Source: Planctomycetota bacterium (GTDB taxonomy: Bacteria; Planctomycetota; UBA11346). Taken from it: 51,669 nucleotides of DNA. Positions 19,345-28,910 of the stretch are shown piece by piece; within the stretch, counting starts at the first letter, position 1, and every line of letters starts with the position of its first letter. The position numbers and the translations under genes were made by a program. The notes under the pieces are model-generated. The model saw only the letters and a program-made list of their open reading frames with translations, was not told the DNA's origin and made no database searches. The stretch is from assembly GCA_038213805.1 (NCBI GenBank), contig JBBQSO010000034.1, forward strand, positions 1 through 51,669, read 5' to 3'.

Positions 19345-21288
19345 TCATGGATCGCTCCTGTTGCTGACCAGGATGGTGCGGCGCGCGTTGTCGATGCGAT
19401 GGAATGTGAGGCCCGCCGCGGTGAGCTGGTCAAGCAGCTCGGTCTTGCCCACCAGCCACAGACGCCGGGGCCCATTCCACTCGTCCTTCAGCCGCTGCAA
19501 CGGGTAAAGCCAGGCGTTGGCGGGCAGATTCTCGCCGCTGACCGCGTAGGGATCGGGGATGGGCTGGCCCTTGTCGGGCAGCGGCGTGGTCGGCGGGGTG
19601 ACCTCGGCGAAGTGGCCCATGCCCAGCTCGCGGCAGCTGCTGAAGATGTAGGCGCGCCGACCGAGGGCGTGGACGAGTTCATAGTCGTGGACCACGGTTT
19701 CATGCAGGATGACGCGGTCGTGCTCGGCGACCGGCGTGCCGGCGAGATCGCCACCGTGGGCGCGGATCACCGCGATCATTCGCGACCCGTCCAGGTCGCG
19801 GATGATGTCGTCGGCGTGCGGCAGCATCACCGCAGCGACCACGGCGAAGCCGGTGCCGAGCAGGGCGAGCGACCAGCCAGGGCTGCACTTGCGCAGGGAA
19901 GCCCAGGCCGAGGCAGCGAGGAAGGCCATGAACACCCCCGCCATCACCGCCAGGGCCGGAAGCCAGGACCAGTCGATGTTGCGCAGCGTCTGCACGTCGG
20001 TGTCGTTCGGCCGCCACGTCAGACCACAGAAGCTGATCACGGCCAGCCTATCGTCATGCACGGCTTGGCGAATGACCGACACCGCGGCCGGCGCCAGGAT
20101 CAGGATCACCAGCAGCGCCACCGCGCTGAACCCCGCCAGCGACACCCACCAGCGCCGTCGGAACGGCCATGCGCTGAGCGCATCCGCGACGATCAAGGCG
20201 ATGGGCGCGAACAGCGGCATGGGATAGGTGCCGAGCTTGGAGGCGCTGACGCTGAAGAAGGCAAGCGGGAACAGCACCGCCGAGGCCAGGAACAGTCGCC
20301 CGCGACGCAGGCGCTCCGCGGCGTCCACCGGAGTCACGTGTGGCGCGGCATCGATTCCACCGCGACGTAGGCGCGTCACGGCGTCGGCGACGGCCCGCCA
20401 CAGGCACGCCCCGAGCACTGGCAGCACCACCAGCGAAAACGGCATCAGCGCCCCGGCCAGCACCGGGATGTAGTACCACGGCGGCCCGGGATGATTGACC
20501 GAGCCGTCGAAAAAAGCCTGGAAGTTGATGCGCACATAGAAGAACTCAAGGAAGCGCGGGTCGCGCTGCCACACCGCGATCGACCATGGCAGATTGATCG
20601 CAGCGATGACCACCAGCCCGGCCAACGGACGCATCGCCCACAGCGTGGCGAAGATCCCCTTCAGCCCGCCTGCCAGAAATGCGTAGCCACCGATCCCGGC
20701 CCCCGCGATGACGAGCGCGATCGGCCCCTTGGCGAGGAAGCCGAGGCCGAGCGCCAGCCAGAAGCCCCAGATCCAGCGGTTGGCCGGCGCTCCGGCCAGG
20801 CGTCCGTCCTCCCAGCACCACCATGTCCACCAGCATGCCGCCAGACAGGCGGACAGGATCGGATCGGTGGTCAGCACCGAACTGGTCGCCAGGAACAGCC
20901 CGCCGCCGAGCAGCAGCAAACCAGCTCCCAGTCCGACAGCGGTGCCGAACAGCCGCGTGCCCAAAGCCCACGCCGCCAGCACCGAGACCAGCGCCGCCAG
21001 CCCGCTCGGCAACTGCGCGGCGACGTTACCGCCGCCGAACAGCAGCTGGCAGATGGCGCCGAGCCAATAGGTCAGGATCGGCTTCTCGAAGTACGGCACG
21101 TAGGCGAGATGCGGCACCACCCAGTCGCGCAGCTCGACCATCTCGCGACACGATTCGACATAGCGGTTCGACGAACCGAGCGCCGGATGGTCAGAGGTCG
21201 CGGCATAGACCACGGCCACGGCGAGCGTGAGCAGCGCCGCGTCGCGGCGCGGCGACGCGGCGGTCATCCACGTGGGCAGGCGGATCAT
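19345..21288 (-). CDS. arnT: L-Ara4N transferase (GT83, ArnT family)
   Basis: RY....REM....DWVVP, YFEKPIL.YW, FLAKGP, H.GP.WYY, SKL.TY; polytopic membrane protein. Confidence 0.88.
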   Translation of the reverse strand: MIRLPTWMTAASPRRDAALLTLAVAVVYAATSDHPALGSSNRYVESCREMVELRDWVVPHLAYVPYFEKPILTYWLGAICQLLFGGGNVAAQLPSGLAALVSVLAAWALGTRLFGTAVGLGAGLLLLGGGLFLATSSVLTTDPILSACLAACWWTWWCWEDGRLAGAPANRWIWGFWLALGLGFLAKGPIALVIAGAGIGGYAFLAGGLKGIFATLWAMRPLAGLVVIAAINLPWSIAVWQRDPRFLEFFYVRINFQAFFDGSVNHPGPPWYYIPVLAGALMPFSLVVLPVLGACLWRAVADAVTRLRRGGIDAAPHVTPVDAAERLRRGRLFLASAVLFPLAFFSVSASKLGTYPMPLFAPIALIVADALSAWPFRRRWWVSLAGFSAVALLVILILAPAAVSVIRQAVHDDRLAVISFCGLTWRPNDTDVQTLRNIDWSWLPALAVMAGVFMAFLAASAWASLRKCSPGWSLALLGTGFAVVAAVMLPHADDIIRDLDGSRMIAVIRAHGGDLAGTPVAEHDRVILHETVVHDYELVHALGRRAYIFSSCRELGMGHFAEVTPPTTPLPDKGQPIPDPYAVSGENLPANAWLYPLQRLKDEWNGPRRLWLVGKTELLDQLTAAGLTFHRIDNARRTILVSNRSDP

Positions 21289-21306
21289 ACCAGCGTCCGG
21301 CCGGCC

Positions 21307-22377
21307 TCAGCGCGCCGCGTGGGCGCGCAGGTGGTAGTCGTACACCGAACTCTCGCGCGACATGAACTCGTTGATGTAGTAGGCCACGGTCTGCTTCAGC
21401 ATGTCCTGCGCACCGACTTCGGGCTTCCAACCCAGCGCGGCGGTGATGCCGGTGATGTCGGGTTTGCGCTTGGTCATGTCCTGATAGCCCTCGCCGTAAT
21501 AGGCGGCCGAGGTGATCTCCTCAAGACGCGCGCCCGCAGCGCGGGCGGCGACCTCGGGGAAGGTGCGCACGATCGCGATCAGGCCCTCTGCGAGTTCACG
21601 CACCGACAGATCGTTGTCGGGATTGCCGAGATTGAAGATACGCCCATCGGCCACGCCGTCCTGGTTGGCGATGATCTTCATCAGCGCCGCGATGCCGTCC
21701 GAGACGTAGGTGAAGCAGCGCCGCTGCGCTCCGCCGTCGACCAGCTTGATCGGCTCGCCGCGCAGGATGTGGCCGAGGAACTGCGTGACCACGCGCGACG
21801 AACCCTCCTTCTCGGTGTGGATGCTGTCCAGGCCGGGGCCGACCCAGTTGAAGGGGCGGAAGAGCGTGAACGGCAGGCCCTCGTGCTTGCCCATGGCGAA
21901 GATCACGCGGTCGAGCAGCTGCTTGGCGCAGGCGTAGATCCAGCGTTCCTTGTGGATCGGCCCGTAGACCAGCGGCGAGGTCTCGGGGTCGAAGCTCTCG
22001 TCCGGGCACATGCCGTAGACTTCCGAGGTCGACGGGAACAACACGCGCGTCTTGTACTTCGCGCACTGGCGGATGATCGAAAGGTTCTCCTCGAAATCGA
22101 GATTGAAGACCCGCAGCGGATCCTGCACATAGGTCGCCGGCGTGGCGATCGCGACCAATGGCAGGCACACGTCGCACTTCTTGATGTGATAGGCGATCCA
22201 CTCCTTGTTGATGGTGATGTCGCCTTCCAGGAAGTGGAAGCGGGGGTGCTTCACCGCGCTGCCCAGCTTGTCGCTGGCCATGTCCATGCCGTAGATCTCC
22301 CACTCGGTGTCGCGCAGGATCGCCGAGGTGAGGTTCGAGCCGATGAAGCCGTTGACGCCAAGAATGAGGACTTTCAT
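21307..22377 (-). CDS. arnA: UDP-glucuronate dehydrogenase/decarboxylase (stand-alone ArnA C-terminal domain)
   Basis: VLILGVNGFIG, LPLVAIATP, FPSTSEVYG, RWIYACAKQLLDR, FRPFNW, GSSRV. Confidence 0.93.
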   Translation of the reverse strand: MKVLILGVNGFIGSNLTSAILRDTEWEIYGMDMASDKLGSAVKHPRFHFLEGDITINKEWIAYHIKKCDVCLPLVAIATPATYVQDPLRVFNLDFEENLSIIRQCAKYKTRVLFPSTSEVYGMCPDESFDPETSPLVYGPIHKERWIYACAKQLLDRVIFAMGKHEGLPFTLFRPFNWVGPGLDSIHTEKEGSSRVVTQFLGHILRGEPIKLVDGGAQRRCFTYVSDGIAALMKIIANQDGVADGRIFNLGNPDNDLSVRELAEGLIAIVRTFPEVAARAAGARLEEITSAAYYGEGYQDMTKRKPDITGITAALGWKPEVGAQDMLKQTVAYYINEFMSRESSVYDYHLRAHAAR

Positions 22378-23360
22378 GGGTTTCCTGAAGCACGCTGCGG
22401 TGGGAGGGAAGGAGTTACGGAAGTGGCGGTGGGCGCAGCGCGGAGCAACGCTCCGGGCGCGAGCAGGGCTGGGCGGCCATCGGTCTCGGCCACGGCGAGC
22501 AGTTCGAGCACGCCCGCGCCGCAGGCCACCGCCCACGCTCCCGCCGCGCCGGGCAGCACCGTGCCGGGCGCGGCAGCGACGCCCGAATCACTGCGCACCG
22601 CGCTGCGCTGCACCAGCAGCTTGCGATCCCTGCACCACGTGAAGGCCGAGGGCCAGGGCGGCGCGACCGCGCGCACCAGGTCGTGGACGCGGCGCGCGGG
22701 CCAGGCCCAGTCGATCAGACCGTCGGCCGGCGTGCGCCCGCGCACCACCGTGGCGTGGGCGTGGTCCTGGACGCGCAGCGTGGCGCGCCCGGCGAACAGC
22801 GCGGGCAGCGCGCCGTCGAGCAGCGCATCGGCCTGCGCCAGCAGCTGCGCGGTCAGACCGAAGGCGTCGACGTCGGGATGCACGTCGACCGCGACCTGGG
22901 CGGCGATATCGCCGGCGTCGGCCTGGCGCACCATGCGGTGCAGGGTCAGGCCGCTGGTCTTCTCACCGTTGACCAGCTGCCAGTTCACCGGCGCGCGCCC
23001 GCGGTAGGCGGGCAGCAGCGAGCCGTGCAGGTTCCACCCCCCCTGCGCAGCTAGGGCCAGGACGCGCTCCGGGAGCATGTGCCTGAAGTAGAAGCTGAAG
23101 ATGAAGTCCGGCGCCAGGGCGCGCAGGCGCGCGTACGCACTGCCGTCACCGTCGCCCGTGAGGTCGGCGTCGAGCACCACCGGCACGCCGTGCGCGCGCG
23201 CCAGCTCTGCGGCCGACGGCCACCAGCAGGACTCCCCAGGCTGATCGGCGTGGCTGAGCAGCAGCGCGACTTCGGCGCCACTGCGCAGCAGCGCGGCGAG
23301 CCCGGCGTGGCCGAAGGCCCCGTAGGCGCACACCACCACGCGCGGCGCCCGCGCGGTCAC
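22374..23360 (-). CDS. arnA: UDP-L-Ara4N formyltransferase (stand-alone ArnA N-terminal domain)
   Basis: PDFIFSFYFR, NLHGSLLPAYRGRAPVNW, TLHRM..ADAGDI, RTPADG.IDW. Confidence 0.92.
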   Translation of the reverse strand: MTARAPRVVVCAYGAFGHAGLAALLRSGAEVALLLSHADQPGESCWWPSAAELARAHGVPVVLDADLTGDGDGSAYARLRALAPDFIFSFYFRHMLPERVLALAAQGGWNLHGSLLPAYRGRAPVNWQLVNGEKTSGLTLHRMVRQADAGDIAAQVAVDVHPDVDAFGLTAQLLAQADALLDGALPALFAGRATLRVQDHAHATVVRGRTPADGLIDWAWPARRVHDLVRAVAPPWPSAFTWCRDRKLLVQRSAVRSDSGVAAAPGTVLPGAAGAWAVACGAGVLELLAVAETDGRPALLAPGALLRAAPTATSVTPSLPPQRASGNP

Positions 23361-24343
23361 GCGTCGACCACCGTCTGCGGGTGTTCGATGGCCTCGCCGC
23401 GGCGCTCCACGGTTTGCACTACGTAGGGCTGGCGCAGGCGCACCTGCTGGAAAATGCGCCCGATGTATTCGCCGAGCAGGCCGAAGGCGAAGAACTGCAG
23501 GCTGCTGATGATGAGCAGGATGCCCAGCACGGTGAGCGCGCCGTTGGCCGCCCACTCGGCGCCGTACATGAAGCGCATGACCAGCAACAGCAGGCCGAGC
23601 GCCACACCGAGCAGGCCGCTGAGCGCGCCAAGGCCGAAGAGCAGGCGCAGCGGGCTTACCGAGAACGAGGTGATCAGGTCGAGCTGCAGCGAGAGCAGCT
23701 TGAGGAACGAGTAGTTCGACACGCCGATCTCGCGCGCCGCGTGGCCGACGCCGATCTCGACCGGGCGGCGCGCGAACAACGTGGCCAAGGCCGGAATGAA
23801 GGTCTTGTACTCGCGGCAGGCGACGATCGCCTTGGCGACCTCGCGCGAGTAGCCGCGTAGCATGCAGCCGAAGTCCGAAAGCTTGATGCCGCTGATGCGC
23901 CGCACCAGCTGGTTGGTCCAGCGCGAGGCGGTCTTGCGGAACCAGGTGTCCTGGCGGCCGAGGCGGATGGTGTTGATCAGGTCAAAGCCGGCCTCGAACT
24001 GCGCGACCAGGTTGGGGATCTCCTCCGGTGGGTTCTGCAGGTCGGCGTCGAGGGTGATGATCCAGTCGCCGCGCGCGTGCGCGAAGCCGGCGGTGACCGC
24101 GGCGTGCTGGCCGAAGTTGCGCGCGAACTGCACCAGCACCAGCTGCGGGTTGGTCTCCTGCGCGGCGCGCACCAGCTGGGCGGTGGCGTCCTTGGAGCCG
24201 TCATCGACGCACACCACCTCGAAGGCGAAAGGCAGCTTGGCGCACACCGCGAAGACCCGCGCGAACAGCGCGGGGATGTTGCGCTCTTCGTTGTACATGG
24301 GGATGACAAGGGACAGGCGCGGGGCGCCTTGGACGGCGGTCAT
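23357..24343 (-). CDS. arnC: Undecaprenyl-phosphate L-Ara4FN transferase (GT2)
   Basis: VIPMYNEE, DDGSKD, RNFGQHAA, TLDADLQNPPEEIP, GLLGEYIGRI. Confidence 0.92.
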   Translation of the reverse strand: MTAVQGAPRLSLVIPMYNEERNIPALFARVFAVCAKLPFAFEVVCVDDGSKDATAQLVRAAQETNPQLVLVQFARNFGQHAAVTAGFAHARGDWIITLDADLQNPPEEIPNLVAQFEAGFDLINTIRLGRQDTWFRKTASRWTNQLVRRISGIKLSDFGCMLRGYSREVAKAIVACREYKTFIPALATLFARRPVEIGVGHAAREIGVSNYSFLKLLSLQLDLITSFSVSPLRLLFGLGALSGLLGVALGLLLLVMRFMYGAEWAANGALTVLGILLIISSLQFFAFGLLGEYIGRIFQQVRLRQPYVVQTVERRGEAIEHPQTVVDA

Positions 24344-25518
24344 CGGCCGTGCTCCTGGGCGATCTGGGTGAAGGCCGCGGCGACACGGTCGAGGTCGGCT
24401 GTGGTCATGCCCGGGAAGAGCGGGATGGTGAGCAGACGCTCGCTGAGCGCCTCGCTGACCGGCAGGCTGGTACCGGGGTAGGTGCGCGCGTAGTGCTCCT
24501 GCGGGTGCACCGCCGGGAAGTGCAGGGCGGTGCCGATGCCCTGGCCTTCGAGAATGTCGACCAGCGCCGCGCGGTCGATGCGCAGGCGCTCGAGACGCAG
24601 CAGCACCACGAAGATGTGCCAGCTATGGGTGTCGCCCGGCCGGGCATCGTCCAGGCACTCGAGGATGGGGCTGCCGGCCAGGCGCTGGTAATACCCCGCA
24701 GCGAGCGTCGCGCGCTCAGCGTTCATGCGTTCCAGGTCACGCAGCTGGTGGATGCCCAGCACCGCCTGGATGTCGGTGAGGTTGTACTTGCGCCCCGGCC
24801 GCTCGACGCGGTAGAGGTCCTTGCCGCTGCGCGCGTGGTTCTTCCAGGCGTCCTTGCGGATGCCGTGGAAACGCAGCAGGCGCAGGCGCGCCGCCAGCTC
24901 GTCGCTGCGGCAGGTGATCATGCCGCCTTCGGCGGTGGTCAGATTCTTGGTCGGGTGGAAGCTGAACACCGCGACGTCGCCGTCGCCCGCGACCTGGCCG
25001 ATCGGCACGCCCTGGTGGCGCGCGCCAGCGGCGTGCGCGGCGTCTTCGACCACCGCCAGGCCGTGCTCGGCGGCGAGCCGGCGCACCCCGGCGAGGTCGA
25101 CGGGCGCGCCGGTGAAGTGCACCGGCATGATGGCGCGCGTGCGCGGCGTGATGCGCCGCGCGACGTCGGCAAGGTCGAGATTGAGGGACCGCGGGTGGAC
25201 TTCGCAGAACACCGTGCGACCGCCGTTCAACTCGACCATGTTGGGGCCGCTGACCCAGTTGATGCTCGGAGTGATGACCTCGTCGCCGGGTTTCAGGTCC
25301 ATGGCCTGGAAGACCACGTCCAGGCCGGCGGTGGCCGAGCACAGTGCGATCGCGTGCGGGCTGCCGACAGCGGCGGCGAACTCGCGCTCGAACTGCGCGA
25401 CCTTGGGGCCGCTGGTGATCCAGCCGCTGCGCACCACATCAGCGACTTCGAGCGCGGCGGCCTCGCCGATGCAGGGCCGTGAAAAGGGCAGGCGGGGCAG
25501 CGGGGCGGGGGTGTTCAT
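24340..25518 (-). CDS. arnB: UDP-4-amino-4-deoxy-L-arabinose aminotransferase (DegT/DnrJ family); alternative GTG start at 25536
   Basis: LPFSRP, SGWITSGPK, EDAAHA, FSFHPTKNLTTAEGG, KYNLTDIQA. Confidence 0.9.
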   Translation of the reverse strand: MNTPAPLPRLPFSRPCIGEAAALEVADVVRSGWITSGPKVAQFEREFAAAVGSPHAIALCSATAGLDVVFQAMDLKPGDEVITPSINWVSGPNMVELNGGRTVFCEVHPRSLNLDLADVARRITPRTRAIMPVHFTGAPVDLAGVRRLAAEHGLAVVEDAAHAAGARHQGVPIGQVAGDGDVAVFSFHPTKNLTTAEGGMITCRSDELAARLRLLRFHGIRKDAWKNHARSGKDLYRVERPGRKYNLTDIQAVLGIHQLRDLERMNAERATLAAGYYQRLAGSPILECLDDARPGDTHSWHIFVVLLRLERLRIDRAALVDILEGQGIGTALHFPAVHPQEHYARTYPGTSLPVSEALSERLLTIPLFPGMTTADLDRVAAAFTQIAQEHGR

Positions 25519-25532
25519 GGGCGCGGGATGGT

Positions 25533-25946
25533 TCACGCAGGGACGGGGATGGCGACGGGACGGGTGATGAGCACGACGCCGACGATGATCACCAGGGTGC
25601 CGACCACGCGCAGGGTGGTGACCGGCTCCTTGAACCACAGCGCGCCGATGGCCAGGGTCAGGATGTAGGCCAGGCTCATCAGTGGGTATGAGACCGACAG
25701 CGGCATGCGTGACAGCACCACCAGCCAGTTGACCACGCTGACCGCGTAGAGCACCAGCCCGAGCATGAACCAGGGGTGGAAGACCACACGCACCGGGTCG
25801 GCGAGGATGGTCGCCAGAGACAGCCCGGCCGGTGCGCCGCCGGGGGTGATGGCGGCGGGGGCCAGCGCCTTCGCCGCGAGCTTCAGCGCCACCTGCGCAG
25901 ACACATTGAGTACGATGCCCAGGGCCACGAGGAGGAGGTTGATCAT
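25533..25946 (-). CDS. SMR/EamA-type small membrane protein, probable L-Ara4N-P-undecaprenol flippase subunit (ArnE/ArnF-like)
   Basis: 4 TM; WL.VLSR..LS..YP..SL.Y, FKEP; first gene of the arn operon. Confidence 0.8.
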   Translation of the reverse strand: MINLLLVALGIVLNVSAQVALKLAAKALAPAAITPGGAPAGLSLATILADPVRVVFHPWFMLGLVLYAVSVVNWLVVLSRMPLSVSYPLMSLAYILTLAIGALWFKEPVTTLRVVGTLVIIVGVVLITRPVAIPVPA

Positions 25947-26056
25947 GGCACGCCTTCCGGCCCGCCCGCCGGCACATGCCGAGGGCTGGGTGAGCGCGGG
26001 ATTCTGGCTGCAAACGGCCGTTGACCAGTGATTTCGGCCTGCCGGGGGCAGGCCGG

Positions 26057-26232
26057 GCTGATGGCTGATGGCTGATGGCTGATGGCCAGCCGAACCAGCT
26101 CCGTGCCCCCGGGTTACGCTACCTCATCCGAGGACTTGCAACCCTCATCACCAGATGCCGAGAGAAGGCAGGTCAGTTCAGGAGACGCGCCGCAGGCGCG
26201 TCTCCATCAGCCATCAGCCATCAGCCATCAGC
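26057..26232. repeat. Inverted pair: (GCTGATG)x4 at 26057-26084 and (CATCAGC)x4 at 26205-26232, around a 120-nt spacer with internal hairpin GGAGACGCGCC-GCA-GGCGCGTCTCC
   Basis: Read directly; perfect 28-bp complementary arms; 3 nt from the sigma-factor stop. Confidence 0.95.
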
Positions 26233-26235
26233 CTC

Positions 26236-26850
26236 TCAAATCAAATTCTCGCCGTTCTCGCCGCCCTTGGCCTGCAGGATGGCCCGCAAGCGGCGCAGCG
26301 CGTGGAACATGCGGCTGCGCAGGGTGCCTAGGCTCATGCCGCCGAGGATCACCGAGGCGTCCTCGTAAGACAGCTCTTGGAAGATCACCAATTCGATGAT
26401 CTCGCGATAGATTTGCGGCAGTTCGGCGAGGGCCTCGGCGAGCAGCTTGTTGGACTCGACGCGCGAGAGCTTGGCATCGACGCTGATGCCGGGGGCGGCG
26501 GCGGTGGCGGCGATCGAGGTGCTGTCCTCGTCGCGGTCGAGGTCGGTGAAGCCGACCATGACCTTGCGGCTGCGCGACTGCAGGTAGTCGATCGAGGCGT
26601 TGCGCGCGATGGTGTACAGCCAGGTCGAGAAGCGCCGGGTGATGTCGAAACGCCCGAGGTGCTCGAAGACACGCAGGAAGACGTCCTGGCCGATGCACGC
26701 CGACTCGTCGTAGTTGCGCGTGATCTGGTAGATGTAGGCGAGGATCGGCCGGCGGTAGCGATCGTAGAGGATTTCGAAGGCGGCGAAGTCGCCCTGCTGG
26801 CACTGCGCGACCAGGACTTCATCGACGGCTTGCCCCGGAGGCGGTTCCAT
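26236..26850 (-). CDS. ECF RNA polymerase sigma-70 factor
   Basis: Region 2 (QDVFLRVF, FSTWLYTIARN) and region 4 (LSYED...GTLRSRMFHA). Confidence 0.93.
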   Translation of the reverse strand: MEPPPGQAVDEVLVAQCQQGDFAAFEILYDRYRRPILAYIYQITRNYDESACIGQDVFLRVFEHLGRFDITRRFSTWLYTIARNASIDYLQSRSRKVMVGFTDLDRDEDSTSIAATAAAPGISVDAKLSRVESNKLLAEALAELPQIYREIIELVIFQELSYEDASVILGGMSLGTLRSRMFHALRRLRAILQAKGGENGENLI

Positions 26851-26960
26851 GCGTGCGCCAGTCTAGGTCGTCGAGGCGGATCGCAACCCGGGTCGTGGGG
26901 TGCCGGCGGCCCCCCTTCCGATCTGCATGCCTGCGCGCATCCGGATGCTCGCTCGGGCGC

Positions 26961-27881
26961 TCACTCGGGTACCACCGTGACTTCGACCTGCACCCCGTCG
27001 CCGGGCCGCATCGGCTCGCGGAAGGCGATGCGCTTGGTCGCGGCGATGCGCGGGATGCCGCCCTCGACCACCAGATGGAGGTCGCGGATGTCGATGATCT
27101 CGCTGCCGTCCTGGCGGCGCACCACACCCTGGGCGATCACCCCGGCCGGGAAGCCGAAGGCGTTGCGCGCCAGCCACGCGGCGTCGGCGACCATGGCGTA
27201 CTGGGTGACGCCCATCATCAGGGCCGCCTCGGGGAAGTGGCCGGGCACGAAGGGGTGGTCGTGGGGGTAGTGGTAGGATGCGATGAGCTTGCCGGTCGCC
27301 TGGTCCTGGCTGACCACGTGGTCGATGAAGCGCGCCGCGGCCGGCTTCCAGGCGAACAGGCCGACGTCCAGGCCGTGGCCGCCGACCGCGCCGACCAGCG
27401 GACGGATCTGGCCGGAGGCGACCTGCGCCAGGACCGCCGAACCGGACATCACCTCGGCCTCGAGGCAGCGCTCGCCCTCGCACTCGGCGTAGGTGGTGAA
27501 GACCGTGAAGCCGCTGCGATCGCGGGTGATGGTCGCGTGGCCGATGACTTCGCCATGCAGCGGCACCGAGCGGTGGAATTTCAGGCGGCTGATCATGCTG
27601 AACACCGCGACGTGGTTGCCCACCGCGAGGCGCTCGTGCAGCAGCGGCACCCCGGTCAGGGCCATCAACTCGCACAGGAAGGGCTCGTACCAGCACAGCT
27701 TGCCGCCCGGTCCGGTGCGCCCGAGCAGTTCGCGGCCACGCGGGTCGCCAAGCGGGATGCGGGTACGTGATATCGCCTCGGTGCGCGCCTCATTGAGCGT
27801 CACCTCGTCGGCCATGAGGTTCACGCCGCGGTGCGGCAGGTAGGACTTCAAGGCTTCCGCATCGAGGGTCAGTTCGGGCAT
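26961..27881 (-). CDS. Double-hotdog FabZ/FabA-like acyl-ACP dehydratase (306 aa)
   Basis: Domain 1 LPHRGVNLMADEV...CELMAL; domain 2 HPFVPGHFP...FREPMRPGD. Confidence 0.75.
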   Translation of the reverse strand: MPELTLDAEALKSYLPHRGVNLMADEVTLNEARTEAISRTRIPLGDPRGRELLGRTGPGGKLCWYEPFLCELMALTGVPLLHERLAVGNHVAVFSMISRLKFHRSVPLHGEVIGHATITRDRSGFTVFTTYAECEGERCLEAEVMSGSAVLAQVASGQIRPLVGAVGGHGLDVGLFAWKPAAARFIDHVVSQDQATGKLIASYHYPHDHPFVPGHFPEAALMMGVTQYAMVADAAWLARNAFGFPAGVIAQGVVRRQDGSEIIDIRDLHLVVEGGIPRIAATKRIAFREPMRPGDGVQVEVTVVPE

Positions 27882-28192
27882 GGGGCGATACCATGGTCCT
27901 TCCGACTTGGAGCACAAGGGGATGGACCACCGAGGGAGGACGAGGAAGGCAGGAAAGCAGGAGGGGACAAGGGCGGAAGGACCGCAGGCGAAAGGAGAAA
28001 CAGCCCGCAAGACACCACGTTCGATCCACCAATACGCCGATCCCCAGCGCGCCTTGGGCGCCCGCAGCTCATGTCACCGATCTGCTTACCCCACTCTTTT
28101 TCCCTTCCCCTCTTGCCGCCCCTTTCCCCACTCATGCTTCCCCTTGCCTCAAGGCAGGAACTCCCGAGGCACCGTGATCGTCAGGTTGCCGC

Positions 28193-28910
28193 TTGTGCAG
28201 GGGCCAAAACAACAACCGCTTTGGCGTCGCGATCGTCAAGAGCCATCCGCTGGTACCGGAACTCACCGTCCAGTACGGCTGCCTGTGGAACAACATTGAC
28301 GTCTCGGATGCATCGAATCCGCTGCGCATCCAGACCGGGAACGTGAAGTATTCCATCAAGGACTTCGGCAGCTTTGGCGTCTACGGCATCCTGCTGCACT
28401 TCCGCAACGAGTCGCGCTCCAGAGCAAGGGTTCGCCGCCGGAAATGTTGCGACTGAGGGCATCCACCTCGACAGACCGACCAAGATCGACGAAACGTGGA
28501 GCGTCATCTACGAGGCCGACCTCGCCCAGCAGTAAGACACCTCGATCACCACCGCGCACATCGACGCTAAGTTCCTGCTGGTCCACACGCCGGCCTGAAC
28601 TCCAAGCAGTGGTACCTGAGCGCCGGCTATCGACAGCAGTCCGATCAGAGCTCCTCCTCCGACCACCAGTTCGAGGCCTCCCAGCTCGGCTATCCGTGGC
28701 CCTGGCGCGGCAATACCGAGCAGCTGGCACTGACCCTGGTCGATGGCTTCACGACCATCTTGGCGTGAGGCGGTGGCGCCATCCCGCAGGCCATTCGACA
28801 CGAAGTGGTGGCTGAATGGACCGATCGCCAGAGCCAAGCACGGCGACAAGGGCACTGGCGATTTCGACGACTCCACCCGGGCGGTGTTGATGACCGGCTC
28901 CAGCTTCTGG
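28193..28910 (+). pseudogene. Fragmented outer-membrane beta-barrel gene, alginate-export-family-like
   Basis: Coding-like text continues across about three frameshifts and stops (TAA 28533, TGA 28766): ...YEADLAQQ*D...WYLSAGY...DSTRAVLMTGSSF. Confidence 0.6.

Noticed and set aside
26075..26205. Spacer peptide GLRYLIRGLATLITRCREK as a remnant four-helix-bundle gene
   Set aside because: Too short and generic, with no start/RBS support and no similarity to other spacers; cannot be supported without a profile search
28444..28770. Stop-codon readthrough or alternative genetic code
   Set aside because: The stops come with several frameshifts, and TGA/TAA/TAG terminate genes normally elsewhere, so decay is the simpler explanation
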